A stretch of DNA of 63,193 nt from NCBI GenBank assembly GCA_009602725.1, contig WELB01000001.1, forward strand, positions 935,453-998,645. The letters are read 5' to 3'. The position numbers and the translations under genes were made by a program. The notes beneath the pieces were generated by a model. It was not told the origin of the DNA and made no database searches. It saw only the letters and a list, made by a program, of their open reading frames with translations. This stretch comes from Spirogloea muscicola. Taxonomy: Eukaryota. Positions 1 through 14,099 of this stretch are shown here, in pieces (position 1 is the stretch's first letter; each line of letters starts with the position of its first letter).

Positions 1-318
1 TCGTGTGCAGCTCGACCTCCGTCAAGGCATCGTCGCTTGATTCTGGCGACGTTGCAGCGAGCACTACCGCCAGCCCGTCCTCCTAGGCCTCGTTCGGCCC
101 TCTTGACTTCCACTCTACGTTGTTCAATTCGACACGCTACGACGCTTCGCCTGGTGTTAGCACGATGGTCTCGGCCGTCCTGGCAGGCAAGTGGTCGTTG
201 GACATTCTTGCAAGTACTCTTCACGTCGTAATTTTGGCTTCATCGACATCGTCAACAATGATGTGCAAGTTGCAAATTACCAAGAGGTGGTGACCACTTG
301 ACCCTGTCCCACTGCAGG

Positions 319-3300
319 CTTGGGTGCTGTAGGAGTTGGCGCTGTGCTATATCTGCAGCCACCTCGACTCGCAGCATTGAGACATGCAGCGAATTCACAA
401 CTTGCACAACACGAACCAATAATTGTCATTCTCATCTCGTTATTTATTGCAGCTCTCGTCTCTCAATGTGTTCAACTCCTCAACGTCATCACAGTCTTCA
501 TTCAGGATCAGGGTATGATCATGCCCTAGATACGCATCTCCACTTCAAGTAGGGTTACCATCACTACACCACTTATAGCTCGTTCTGAAGCTTGTCTTTG
601 AGGTGAGTAAGCAGCCAACAGGATCTTGATTGCCATTGTGACTTGGTCACTGCATTCCTGTACCTCCCCAGGTGTGACTACTGCCTGCTACACGTTCCTC
701 TTCTACTTGGCACGGTTCGTTGGCGCAGACAAAGGCGTTGACGTCTGACCAGCTTGCTTGATACTAAAGTAGAAGAACTACCTAGTCACTCCAACTTTGA
801 TGGGTGTATGACGCTTGTGGCAGTTGAGTCTGCTTCTATTGTAAAGGCAGGTTGGGGTGTCCTAACGTCCTACATGTGTTGTTTTGGCAGGAAATTACCA
901 GGCGTGAATGCTTACATACACAAGCAGCAAAATCAGGTGACTTGCAAGTCAACAGAACTCCTTCCTTGCCATGCAGCCAGCCCCAATTACTTCGACCTGT
1001 TGCAACTTGATCAGGATTACTCTTGCGATGCTCTTCGTACGAACAGCATCTGCTTTCTGAACATGATTGTGTTTGTCCGACAGATGATTGACAAGCTGCA
1101 GGTCAAGTCAATGAGCAAGAAGAAGGAATATCTGACACGATTGCCGAAGGAAGGTCTTGGGCTAGCCGTCTTGAATAAGCTTGAGGAAGCGGAACGAATG
1201 GATAAGCCCTGGAAAGGCAAATGCTCTGGAACAGTGTAAGCTGCCCTAAAGTCTTTTTGATCAGATTTGTCCTTTACCCTGCAGCTTGCTGCACGTACTC
1301 AGAGCTGCACTTTATCTGGGTATGTCAGGCATCAGATGAGCCAAGTAGCAGGCATCAGTGACTACATCAGCTGCAGGACGGTCTCCTTGGAGAACTTGGA
1401 ACAAATTTGCTACAATCGGGACAATGGAGCAAAGATGATCAGTATGTTATCGTGAACTCCTATGTGATTGAGGCCTGTGTTGTAATTCACTCGCTCATGC
1501 CCTCTGTGTCACCGGCATGCTGTAGGTACATGGGAGGAGAGACCTATGAACGGCACGTCTCAATCATACTAGCTGCCTACAGCAGGTTTGTGATTCTCCT
1601 GAAGCAGAGTTATGTACATAGAAGTGGCCTGCTTTTCTCCTAGTATTTCTCTGGCTGCATACTGGAGCAGTTGAGGTAAAGCAAGAGTAGCTCATTGTGG
1701 TACTGCAGCAACTCCTAGCAAGGTCATCAGAAGAAGAGCCAGGTTGTGATAGCCCCGGCCATAGGTGCTGGTCACTTTGCTAGAAGTCCATTATGTAGGC
1801 CAAGAGGCACTGCTTGCAGTACCTCCATGCTGCGATAAGCACCAGCTCACTTGACTATCTATTGGTTGCAGATTTGCACACACCAATCCGCTACATCCAG
1901 ACGTGTTTCCCAGCATAACTCAGTTCGAAGCTGAAGTTGTAGCTATGACCGCAGCCCTTCTAGGTGGAAATCGGGCACAGTCTGGGGGGCAAGTGTGTGG
2001 TAATATGACATCTGGTGGTACAGAGAGCATACTGATGGCTGTGAAGTCCAGTCGAGATTTTATGCGGGCCACGCGGAATGTCACAAACCCAGAAATGTTA
2101 GTGAGATTGTCCTGCCTTTAGCAAATAGAGAGCTTGCTAGCTGCACTTTGTCAAGCAGAAAATGGTTTGTGCCTATGAACACTTGAGTGTTGGCAGGGGT
2201 CTTGTTACTCACTTGTTCTACATTGAGCTTACTCTACTCTTTTGTTTGTCACATGTTGTCCCCTGCAGGATAGTTGCTGTATCTGCCCACTCAGCTTATG
2301 ACAAAGCAGCACAATATTTTGGTATTCGGCTACGACGAACAAAAGTGGGCAAAGACTACAGGGCTGATGTCAGTGCTATGAGGAGGCTTGTCAACAGGAA
2401 CACAATCTTGGTATTGATGTTGATCTGAGCCAGCTGATTTGAGCTGATCAAGGATGGCATTGTACACTGCTACTGTCCCATCATTGCTTTTCTTGTATTC
2501 AAGGTCTGCTAGCTCTATGATTTCGTTATTTGCACCCTGGCTTACTTGCACAATGCTCATTAGGATTGTTGTCTGCAGCTTGTTGGTTCAGCTCCTGGTT
2601 TTCCTCATGGTGTTATTGACCCCATTGAGGCAAGCTCCGTCTGCCTATTACCACAAGTCAACAATCACTACCTGCGCAGGAGAGTGAAGCACAAGTAGCA
2701 GACAATTGGAGAGTTGCGGGATTGTTGTCCTCAAAGACAGTAGTAGAGCACGTGTTATGTGGATTGACCTCAAGATAGTCCTCAAGTCAAATATCAAAGT
2801 CGACCTTTCGACTTAAGAAGGGTTTGTGCCATCTGAATGATATGGCTTCTCGTAGTCTGTATGTCCACTCACCTTGCTCCATCCACTGTGCTTGTTGACC
2901 AGGAGCTGAGCAATCTTGCACTTAGCCGCGGTATATGTCTACATGTCGATTGTTGTCTTGGAGGTTACGTGCTACCCTTTGCGAAGAGATTAGGGTGAGC
3001 ACAATGGTGTGAAATTGTTCCATCCCTTATGAGTAGTGAGCCAATGGCTGTGATCATCTGATGGCTGCTCTGTTTCATGTCATTGAAGCTTAGGAAAGTG
3101 CAGTTTCACAATGTACAGGTACCCAATATGCTCCTTTGACTTTTCATTGCCAGGCGTTACCTCCATCTCAGTAGATGTTCACAAGTATGGCCTTGGCCCA
3201 AAGGGTACTTCCACTGTGCTCTACCGAAATCATGAACTCCGACGGGTTGGTTGCCTGCTTCTCTGATGAGATTTCACGGCTTGTGCATACCACTTCGAAT

Positions 3301-4877
3301 TGCACTGCAGGTTGTGCAATGCACTGATAGATATCAATTTTTGGTCTTGTTGAATTATGTTCCCTGGATGGTGCAGACACTGAGTATCTTGCACTCAGCC
3401 CCGTTGACTCCCTTAATGTCTGCTCTTTGACAACCGCTGACAACCACTGACTGGTCTTTGAAATGATTTGCTCTGTTGACATGCTTTATATTGTGGACCG
3501 ATCAACATCAGCACCAATTTGTAGCTGGTGAGTACACAAAGACCTGCTTCATACACTACATTTGTGCGTCCTGTTCAAGTTGCTAGTCTTCATGGCACTC
3601 ATGCGACTCTTGTGAGCATGTGCAGTCACAGAGTGGTCAGGGGGCCTGTATGTATCACCATCTGCAGCTGGAAGTCGCCCTGGAGGCCTCATTGCCGGAG
3701 CTTGGGCTGCCATGCTTGCCATTGGTGAAAACGGTCAGCCTCCGCCTTCTTGACTTTTGTAGCTCTTGAGCCTAGTCTGATTGCTGGGCGCCAGATAAGG
3801 ATGACCTGGTCAACCATGGATATTGTTACTTCTACTTCACCAACATGCTCAAGAGCAGATACTTGCTTTGATATCATAACATGCAGCATTCGGATATTCA
3901 CCTTGCAGGTTACATGAAAGCCACGAAACAACTCATGGAGGCCTCACGGAGAATTGCAGAAGGGTACCCTAATGCTACTCACCAGGCTCTTAGAAGCTTC
4001 CATCTGTGATTGAGAAGAGGCTGGAGGCATCATGCTGATGTTTGCAGGAGTTGAGAGAAACAACTTGATCTGAGCAGCTTGTAGCTGATCTCTAGCAGCA
4101 AAGCCTCCATCAGCCTTGCTAATGGCCTTTTGAAATGACCAGAAGCAAGGTGACCTCTTTGAACCTGGCAGGATAGGGAAAATTGAAGGCCTTCAGGTGC
4201 TGGGCCGACCAGACATGACTGTGGTTGCTTTTGCATCCATGGATGCGGACATTTTCATGATCAACGACATGATGTCCGCAAAGGGTTGGAGTCTCAACGC
4301 ACTGCAACGGCCCAGCAGGTACTTCCTTGTTGCCCCCTGCTTATTATCTCGCGCATTACATTTACTCAAGAGCAGAAGTTGGCGCCTGCTGGGGCTTGCA
4401 CACAACAAAGAACAAACAACCTCACTGTTAAGTGCTTCTTTCTGAGGAGGATAAGCACTCATAGACCTCTTTGTACTTCTCTGTGGGTACAGCCTGCACA
4501 TATGTGTTACCCTACAGCATGTGGATATTGTTGACGAGTTTCTGGAGGACTTGACCTCATCCGTCAAGAGTGTAAGTAGAGTACCACATCTGTCCCTGTC
4601 AAGAGTTTATCTAGCACTAGATTATCCAGCTTTTTGCAGAGCCTCATATCAAACATTGTCAGACCTTGTAGTGTTGCTAATCGTGTTGCTGCTTTTGAGT
4701 TTCTGCCGTATGGTCTAGCTTCAGCACACAACTAACTATTGCTCTTCTTGTCGATAGGTGAAAGCAAGCCCCGAAGCTATCAAGGACGGCATGGCTCCTA
4801 TTTACGGTGCAGCTGCAAGGATGCCACACAGGGGTGCTGTGCGTGACCTTCTGATTGCTTACTTAGATTCAAGCTAG
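319..4877 (+). CDS. DPL1: Sphingosine-1-phosphate lyase (PLP-dependent), multi-exon; start codon not identified
   Basis: Spliced peptides [84 protein letters not shown] (PLP lysine), [36 protein letters not shown] at 4875-4877. Confidence 0.95.
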
Positions 4878-5416
4878 TATAAGTGGCGTAGGATTTCCTT
4901 TATTCATTGTGCCATCCCATATCTCGGGTATGCAATCTTGAAGGTGACCTAGCTTCTTCTGGCAAGTAGGACATATTTGTGCCTGCCTGATTCTCAGATT
5001 TTCCACGAGCCTGGGCGTCAGACAGATACAAAGGCATCACAGTGCAGACGGGCGATTGCCCTTGCATTGGTGTCACATCTGATCAGTTTACTGCCTTCAG
5101 TAAATAGACTGCTCCAAGTTGGGTGCCTAGCAATGATGACTCCTTTGCATGCCATGTTGCATGCCATGCAGCAGTAATCTCTTCAGAACGGGCTTCATGC
5201 TGACATCAAGTGAGTCCTCAACAGTGCGGCACAATCTCCAGGAGTCCTCCAGGGGAAAAATGCCATCCAGTGGGGCTGCTGAAAGCCGCTGCACTTGCAA
5301 TGTTGACCTTGCCATTGGAGTGTTCTATCATGTGGCACTGATTTGGCATGCATCTCCTCATGGCAGGTGCCTCACTCATCCTCGAGCACTCTTTTCAAAA
5401 CTGGGCTCCTACGCTA

Positions 5417-7607
5417 TCATGTGTCGCCCTTGGGGTTGGTGTCGCTCTTCTTGCTCTGCATGTCAAGCAAAGGTCGAAGGTCCTCGTGGTAGATGCGTAA
5501 GTCAGTCATGGAAGCATCAATGAGGCGGAGCAGGGTGGCCACTTGGCGACCGACCCAGAGCCGGCCCTCAGGACTCTGCTGCACCCACTTCTGTGTTTTC
5601 AGTGTCACCTTTGGCACAGGCTCAGCGCGCCACTTTTTCCCATCCACCACCACTCTGTTTACCCTGTTACAAGACGGCAGTGCCGTTGTCAGGCCTCCTC
5701 AAAATCACACTGCCAGTCCATCCTCCTCTCTAGGACCTTTTGAAAGTACGCCGCATCGTGTTGCTGCCAAGCGTGACCAGCACGTGCTGAGGTGGCAATC
5801 AAGGCATGCTGGCAACGGCTAGAGCATCCTTTCACGTCATTGGAGAACATAACAAGCAAAACTGACAAACCAGGCAGTTATCTGAAGATGTTAGACTTGA
5901 AATGCCAACTCGAACTTTGGGAAACCTGTGAGTTGCAATGAGTGACAGTGCAGGGGAGCGCCGCACCCAAGGAGGCAGGTATTGAAGCTGGCTGAATCTG
6001 CAAATGTGACGTCTGCAATGGTGGCAGCCCGCCACACGAAACGCTCCACGGGCCCAAAAGACTCGCAAATGGTAAGTGCCCGCGAAGTGCTTGTGCGATC
6101 AGAGATGCGACGGACGCGGATGGTGCACAGCGCCGAGCTGCCGTCCACCGCCAGCTCCAGCTCAAGGCCCCCGACCACCACTTTCCCAGCGCGCATGGCA
6201 CGATGAAAGGAGGCCGAGTCCTGCAGGACATTTAAAGTGCAGCAGTATTCAGCTCTAAGAGCTTGGCTTTACGAGCTCGACTTCAAGAGCTCAGCAGCTC
6301 TGCTTGAAGAGCTCAAGTTTTGATCGAGGTCGGCAGGTCAACAGGGTCAACTGCACACAAAAGCTAGTCCAGCTCGCTCGCACTTACCAGGTGCCACAAG
6401 CAAGTAAAGAGAGGCGCGTGTGGCCCACCTTGAACTCCACAACCACGCGATTCTTGGTCTGGTTGAACCATGTACGCACGATTGCGACCTGGCCAAAGGA
6501 TGAGAGCGCCTCCACAACCTTGCCTTCATCGATGTGGCGCGGCACGTTCAGGACGGAGATGGCATATGCCGGCAGCCTGGCTTCGTTCCCGTTCTCTGCA
6601 TTGGACGCTGGCAGCATCGATCTCCGTCGACCCCCGTGGCCCGCTGCGTGCCATACTCCGCCAAGCTCGCTGGCGTCGGCGGGCGGATGGCCGTGGCCTC
6701 GCCCTGGCAAGAGATCTGCGACCTCCAGCGGCAGGTCAAGGGCTGCAAACTCGTCATCCTCGGCGGCGGAGCTCAGCATGCTCCCGGATGGCGAGTACCT
6801 CAGAGATGGCTCCCCACTGTCAGCACCCCTACCGCCAACCTCGCCTCTGGCGCCTACGCCGGCCAGTGGCGCAGCAGTGGCCAGCTGCGCAGACCTGACG
6901 CCATCGTTCACGCGTTTGTGCGTGCGAAAGCCATGGGCGCCCGGCGGCGGCTGGGAGCTACCCTCCTCGCGCCCGGCCTCTGGCGGGGCCTCAACACCCT
7001 CCTCCCTGCCCCCATTGCCACTGGCGCCACCGTCACTGCAACGGTCCTCGCCTTCATCACTGCCGTGGTGGCGCTGCACGCCCTCCTCATCCTCCTCGTC
7101 GTCGTCCTCCGAGATGTCACCGCCGTCGTCCTCGTGCACAGGTACCGCTGCCGCCTCTGCCGCATCCCGGGGGCCTGCCCGCACGCCAGGCTTTGCAGCA
7201 CCAAGCTCCGAGTCCGAGCAGCTCTCACCGGCGGCGCCCACCTCCGCCGGCCCGGCAACGGGGGCTGCGGCGGCATTGCCGTTGTGGGTCCCCTCCGTAA
7301 CGTCTGGCTGGACCGCCGACGCGACGGCCTCCGTGCCGGTTGGCGTTGGCAGCGCGTACTCGGGCAGCGTGTGGGCAGCCCGGGCCTGCCTGGCGGCCGA
7401 GGCGCCAGCGGCGTCGGCGGCGACTCCATGGCCTCTCCTGGCCGCCGCGAGCGGCGGCGACGGCGGTGGCGGCGGCGGCGCTTGGCAGCGCCTGGGCCAG
7501 GAGCTGCTCTTCGCTACGACCGCCGGTGCGGAGGACGACGCCGCGCCGCCGCGGGACCTGGCGGCCGCAGCGCAGAGGGCGCCGGCTCTCGTCGCCGCTG
7601 CGGCGGT

Positions 7608-7609
<2 letters not shown>
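5417..7609 (-). CDS. RRM-type putative RNA-binding protein with long low-complexity N-terminus; 5' end lost in poly-T/N gap
   Basis: Three exons join in frame: AISVLNVPRHIDEGKVVEALSSFGQVAIVRTWFNQTKNRVVVEFK | DSASFHRAM...TIRVRRISDRTSTSRALTICESFGPVERF...ADVTFADSASF | VVDGKKWRAEPVP...; two RRM-like beta/alpha patterns. Confidence 0.7.
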
Positions 7610-7690
<81 letters not shown>

Positions 7691-7929
7691 NNNNNNNNNN
7701 NNNNNNNNNNNNNNNNNNNNNNNNNNNNNNNNNNNNNNNNNNNNNNNNNNNNNNNNNNNNNNNNNNNNNNNNNNNNNNNNNNNNNNNNNNNNNNNNNNNN
7801 NNNNNNNNNNNNNNNNNNNNNNNNNNNNNNNNNNNNNNNNNNNNNNNNNNNNNNNNNNNNNNNNNNNNNNNNNNNNNNNNNNNNNNNNNNNNNNNNNNNN
7901 NNNNNNNNNNNNNNNNNNNNNNNNNNNNN
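7610..7929. other. Poly-T run plus assembly gap
   Basis: About 80 T followed by N run; other gaps at 23493-24113 and 49803-50278; second poly-T run at 63072-63193. Confidence 0.9.
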
Positions 7930-9660
7930 GCCGCCGCCCAGCTGGCCCCCAGGGCGGCCGCCGCGGCGGCGGCGGCGGCGGCGGCGGCGACGGCGATGCC
8001 GGCGCGGGTGGCGCTGCGGGGTGTGGTGTTCGACATGGACGGCACGCTGACGGTGCCGGTCATCGACTTCGCCGCCATGCGCCGCCGCGTTGGCGCCACC
8101 TCCCACGACCTCCTCGCCGAGATTGCGGCCTGGCCGCCCGCCCGCCAGGAGCAGGTCCGCCGCCGCCGCCGCCGCCGCCGCCGCCTGGGGAGCCGCTGAG
8201 CCTGCGGCCCCGCGGCGGCGATTATTTAGAAGCCAAATTGATTTCTAAACTCGACGACTGAGAGCGTGAAGCGTCCAAGTGTGAAAGGCTATTATGTCGT
8301 CTCTTTTGATACCAGTCAACCTTACAATGAGGCAGATTGGTACTAACAGTGTGGTCAGAATAACAAGACATGAAGATATCCGATCTAATCCAGTTGGGAA
8401 TTGGCGGCGGCGGCGGCAGGCGTACCGCACCATCACGGCCATCGAGATGGAGGCCAAGGAGAACATGCGCATCATGCCAGGTGCGCGGCACCTGCGGCCG
8501 ACGATCGGCACGGCAGGCCTTTCTGGGCATCGCCCACAACGTTGCTTGCTCGCACAGCTGCCCTCCCGCCCTCCGCCCTCCGCCTCAGGGGCTTCTGCCA
8601 GCCCTCAACCCCGAAATATAAACCCTGAATGGTATCCGCACCCCCCCTTAGCGCGCAGGCGCGCTCGAGATCTGCCGCTTCCTGGACGGCCGCGGTCTGA
8701 GGTCAGCTCCTGCGGTCTCGCTGCCGGAAATGCGTCAATCCCGCCCCGCGCCTAAATGCCCACCAACTTGTCTTCACTGTGGTCGCTATGTTGCCTGCGC
8801 CCATGCTGCCGTTGTGCCGACTGCCGCAGCTACTCGCTTGTCTCGACCACAACTCAACGTACCAGCTCGCCTTGACGTAGCCTGCCGGGCTGCAATGCGC
8901 AGACGGGGCCTCATAACGCGCAACGTGAGCGAGTCCGTGGCCTACTTCCATTCACGGTTTGAGGTAACCGTGACTGCCCCTACCACTCGTGGGCACCCAT
9001 GGATGTGCCCCGGCACCTCTGCCAACACCAATCTAGACACCGTCTTGCCAGCCCGTCCTTATGGCAACTGCCAGATGCAGAGCACCAGCTCCATGTCCAT
9101 GCAAGTCAGCCGGCTGCCCACTGTCGCCCCCACCAGTGCAGGCTGCCCCCTTCGCGCCCGCGCTGAGCCGCGAGTTCCTGCCCTACAAGCCCGACCCGGC
9201 GCCCTTGCTGCACATCTGCAATGCTTGGAGCGTCCTCCCTACCGAGGTCCTCATGATTGGTGACAGTGTCAAAGACGATGTGCGTAATTTTGCCTGACTT
9301 CTTGGGCCCAGTAACCTCAATTCTGTGCCTGTGAAACCGGCTCCGGCAAGTAGGTGACGCTCACAATGGACAGCATGCCACAGGCTTGTTTACAAGTACT
9401 GTCCTGGCCATCTGATGGTACAGTGACGCTTCGCCTCCTCTGTGGCCCAGATTGTCTGTGGGCGGCGGGCAGGCGCATTGACCTGCCACCTGGACTCATC
9501 GTGCCAATTTCCCGCAGAGGCTGCCGACCCGAAGCGGCGGGCGACCCCCTGCCAGGAGGCTAATCAAGAGCAAGAGCCTGACTTCAGGATTGCATCGCTG
9601 ACGCAGCTCCAGGAACTGCTAGAGACTCACTTTGACCTCCCCCCACCCCTGTCGTGCTAG
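7930..9660 (+). CDS. HAD-superfamily hydrolase (At2g33255-like)
   Basis: Motif I VVFDMDGTLTVPVIDF, then GLITRN, SREFLPYKPDPAPLLHIC, MIGDSVKDD|IVCGRRAGA; ATG at 7996, but the frame is open into the gap; stop at 9658-9660. Confidence 0.92.
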
Positions 9661-10169
9661 CCATCACACTGCACTTTTGAGGATGGCACTGTATAGAGCT
9701 CGCCTCCAGTCCAAGTATGAACTGCGAGGGGGCTCACCTAAATCTACTTTAGACAGTGCTGCGTGCACCAAAGACCAGTGTCAAATCACTAGAGATGAAG
9801 CGGGAGCGTTTGTCATTGGAATAGCTCCACTCTGAAGCCTGTAACATGACTTCTCTGGCAGCAGGCGCCTTGGTGCCTGGGTGCCCTTTGACGAACTCGA
9901 CGTTCAGTCCTGCCATGTGTGGCTAACGTGCGTGACCATATGGTTGCTTTGCAAAATTCGCAGAGTTTTGGAGCCCAACATCCTTCATCTGACTAAGAGC
10001 ATCTTGCAGGCATGAAAGAGGTCCTTTGACCTGTTTAGCTAGCAAGGCACTGGATAACGTAAATACATAGATAGGTGAGGTGGGGTTCTCGGTAAGGCGA
10101 GAAAGCTGGGCAGGTCACTAAATCTGCAGCCATGTGCAGTGAGGACCTTGGAAGCTGACTGTCGCCTGA

Positions 10170-13100
10170 TCAGAAGCCTGCCCACCCCGCTGGTTGGCTG
10201 GTCTTTGGAGGCGCCTTCTTGGCCTTCTCACAGTTGGTGCTGGCGTTACCAACGCCTCCTCCGCCGGCGCTGCTCGGTGGCGGCGCAACGGCAGTGAACG
10301 CACTTGTGAGGCTTGCACCAAAATTCAGTGAGTTGGCGCCAGCAGCCTTGAGAGCTCGCGAGGCGGGGGTGGCGCCACTCTGCGCTCCAGGGGCGAGCAG
10401 CTCAAAGCCGATGCTGCTGGCAAAAGGGTCCAAAGCAGAAGTGGGCGTGCTCTGTGGATCAGCGGTGCTGGTTAGGGCCTCCGGGTCGTCTTGGCCAAAG
10501 GGTTGCCAGCTGGGAGACGTCGGTGAGTGAGGAGTCCCGCTAGAAGCCCTGACTGGAGGTGGCAGTGGTGGCGACCGTGTTGGTCTGCGAGAACCTGCTG
10601 GGCTGGATGGAACAATCCTTACAGCCGAAGATCCGACCTGTCAAACAAATCGAAGGCAGGCAATGACCGTAAGTATTCTGCTCTTGAAGCGAGCTCTGCT
10701 TGCCGCTGATGGTACTGTGCACAGAGCTTAGTAAATTGCCAAGTGAAGGGACCAAGTGCTTACTAGCGGAGGATGTAACTGAGGCTCCGCACAAGCTTGC
10801 AAAGTAAGAAGGGAAGGCGAAGGACGACAAAGCAGATAGGAAGAGCAATCATCAGCCAATCAGTCTTAGACTGGTGGAACCGAATACCCACCTTGCTGAG
10901 CGCCCCAGCCGACTTGCCGTCCAGCAACCCTCCTCGATCTTCCAAGGCAAGTCTGAGCTCCCGGATCTCCTGCTCCTGCGCTTGCACTTTCCTCTCCAAC
11001 CTCTCGCACTTCACCAGGAGCTCTGAATGCTCCGCGCGGGTTCTCTTCAGGATGTCTTCAAGGTCTGTTGCAGGATGCCGCTGCGCACTCCCTGGACAGC
11101 TGGTGCCAGACTTGCTCGGCTCCGCCTGCTTGTCGGCAATGTTGAAGGGCTTTGCCTCTTCCAGGGTGGCCACAAAGTCATCCCCAACAATCTGCTGAGG
11201 CACCACATCAAGCGAGTTCACACGCCTATGGTCACTAGGCGCAGCCTTTGCAAGCTCAGGCGACCTTGACTGCGGTCGTTGATCTCTTCTGTCCGGTGAT
11301 GTTTGGACGATGCCATTGACTCTCCTGCCACTTTGAGGTACATCATCCTTCTTCTCCTCGACAACAACCTTGCCATCCAGCATCATGCTGTAGCCTTCTA
11401 CCTCTCTCGTTGCCCGCCTTACAACATTCCCGGTTGCCTTCTTCAGCTGACTAGCCACACCCAAGCCTTTGAGCGGGGACCTGTTTGCCTGACTACTTTG
11501 AGGCAGTACCGGTAAAGGGGGGCTTCGTCGGACACGCTCGTGCTCTGTTTCTGGACTGACGCCATTTGCATGAGGTCCAGCGGCAGCATTGTCCTCAACA
11601 CCTTGGCTCTGTGCATATGGTGTCGACCAGAACGCCCCCTTGCCTCCACTTCTTGCGGATACCACATTACCATTGTCTCTCTGGTTCGAGGAACCCAGCA
11701 TGGTTGGCATTGAGGACGCAATATCCGAAGCTGCAAAGAAAGGCAATGGAGTGGTAAGTTCTGCTTTTGTCAACGTTGTGCTAGTAAGTGACGAGCTGCC
11801 CAGGTCTGCATTTCAGAAAATGCTGAAGGCTTTCATTAGCTTCTGCCATGACCTATGCACATTGTTGGCAGGGTCACCTGAAGGTGAACCTGAGGATGTG
11901 GCAAAATCGGGATGGGCTCTCCTCTTGTCCAAAGGGAGTAGCTCGTTGGCCCGGTGCCAAACCTGAGGCAGTCGAGAAACCCAAACGAGCACGGCGCTAT
12001 AAGAAGAGTATGAAGCATCATCTATCAAGGCATGTGAGCTGAACATAAGGAATGATTGCTCATGGCAAATCATAATGATGTGACTTGCCAGATTCTGTGT
12101 CAAATCTAGATCGCAATCACTCCCAACAGATAAGATTTGCCAACAGTTATGTGACCCTCAGGTAAAGCTCCTGAGATCGTTCTATAGACAAGACCTTTGA
12201 GAGTTACCTGCTTAATATTGGGGCGAGCGTCTGGGCTGCTGTTGAGCATGTCTTTGATTAGGGCTACTAAGGAAGGACTGTAAGTAGGGGAGTCTGGGAT
12301 CTGATAGTTGCCATTCAAAATCTGCAGCTTGGACTCGCCATCAAAGCACGACTTGAAGTAGGCCAACCTGTACAGGAGGCAACCAAGCGCCTGCAATTTG
12401 CAGAGATTGCCGAATGAGATTGCATGTCCACACTAGCTAAAACACACCTGTCATGGCTTGCCAACTCGTTACATAAATACGGCAAGCACTCCCTTCTCAT
12501 CTTCAAATGCCATATGTCGACGAACAAGCATACATGACTACCATTGCTACATCTCACTGGTATGCTCCAAGGACTTGACTTCTGACGCAATAGCAATGTG
12601 CCAAGAGGGCATCAACAGCTCACCCAAATGTCCACCTTCTCATTGATGAAGTCTCGACGATATAGGTCCCACAGCTGCAAGCAAAGTGCCAATTAAGGAC
12701 TCGAAAGCCAAGCGAGGCCTGTGCCTTGGGCTACTTACAAAGACGTCGCAGGGCTGTTGTGCATCGGTGACCCTTTAAAGCTGTGCACGGTATCAAGAGC
12801 TACTTACTTCAGGAGCACGGTAAGCAGGCGTCGTGTGCTTTCTGATCACGTCCTCCTCCGCTCCCATCTCCTCAGCCCTGTCAAAGCGCTTGTGGGTGGT
12901 ACTCGTGCTGCCAAAGTCGCATAACTTCCATGTGCTGTTACCAGAGAGCAGCACATTCTCGGCCTTCAGATCCCTGCAGCACAAGCAGTTCACCACCAAG
13001 TGAGCTCTGACGAGAATCAAGTGGTGGAGCAAGGACACTCAGCTGGCTTGCAGCGTTGCACTGTACATGAGCAACTACCCGCAAGCTGGGGGTGTCCTTT

Positions 13101-13703
13101 GATTGTTGGGCAGACCCATCACAAGTTGTTCGAGGACTGAGTTCTGCTGCTGAGCTAGCGTGCTCAGTGGCGAGTGCCGTCACGAGCGAGCTGACCAATG
13201 TAGGGAACAAGGCAAGGCGAGGACACCCACCTGTGTGCGATGGGAGGCGACTGAGAGTGCATGGCACAGACGGCGTTGCAGACGTCCCGGAAGATGAGGA
13301 GGACCTGCGGCTCCTCGAACAGGCGGGTGCCTCTGGCCTCCATGACGTTCACCAGCATCTTGTCGCAGAACTCCATGGCCAGGAGGCAGTCCGTGCCGCG
13401 CTCGCCGGCGTCGGCGTAGGCGTGCGCCGCCAGCGCCACGACGTTGGGGTGGCCCTGGAGGCCCAGCAGCACGCCGACCTCCCGGCGCGCCAGCGCCAGG
13501 CTCTCGGCGTCGCCGCACACGATCTGCTTGATCGCGTAGCCGGCGCCGGTGGCGGCGCACCGCGCGGCGTAGACGAAGGAGAAGCCGCCCTGCGCGACGA
13601 CGGCGCGGACCTGGAGCCGCAGGCCGCCGACGTCGACGGTCCGGCCCTCCAAGCTGGCGCCGCCGGCGGCGTCGCGCGGCGCCAGGTTCTTGAGGCGCCA
13701 CAT
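10170..13703 (-). CDS. NAK (Numb-associated/AAK1-like) Ser/Thr protein kinase
   Basis: VAQGGFSFVY, YAIK, HPNVV, PPIAHR|DLKAENVLL, WKLCDFGS, HTTPAYRAPE, INEKVDIW|ALGCLLY; coiled coil; C-terminus SQPAGWAGF*. Confidence 0.93.
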
Positions 13704-13950
13704 GGCGGCGAGGCCCTTTGACAATCGTCACGCGAGGGTTCAAAGCGGAGTCCCAGCGTGCTTGCCGAGGCCGGCTTTTGGTCGTCGCCACCGGCCCGTG
13801 GCTTGCTTCTTACTGGACCTGGAGGCGAGCGGCGGGAGCCGAGCGACGAGCGGGGGCCGGGACCCTGCGGCGCCGGCCGCGCGGGATCACCGCGCCATGG
13901 CGGCCCTGGGCGCCATGGCTGCGCTGGCGGCAGCCGCCCGGCGGNCGCGT

Positions 13951-13993
<43 letters not shown>

Positions 13994-14099
13994 GCGTGGC
14001 GTTGGTCTTGGCCGCTTGCATCACCGGCGCAGTTGCCGCAGTGCCAAGGTACCTGTGACTTGGCGGCGAACGCTTTTGGATCAGACCTTGTAGGTAAAC

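Noticed and set aside
1..240. ILATLQRAL peptide reminiscent of the RLE C-terminus
   Set aside because: Match too short, with no terminus motif nearby
7610..7690. Poly-T run (also 63072-63193), both preceded by CGGTGG; considered as retrocopy poly-A tails or poly-Lys/Phe coding
   Set aside because: Both abut a gap or the window end in extreme-GC sequence, and the first interrupts an apparent coding region; most likely a gap-filling or assembly artefact
6304..8261. Long ORFs of 570-630 aa spanning the gap
   Set aside because: Artificial read-through of poly-T and N, joining antisense RRM sequence to HAD exon 1
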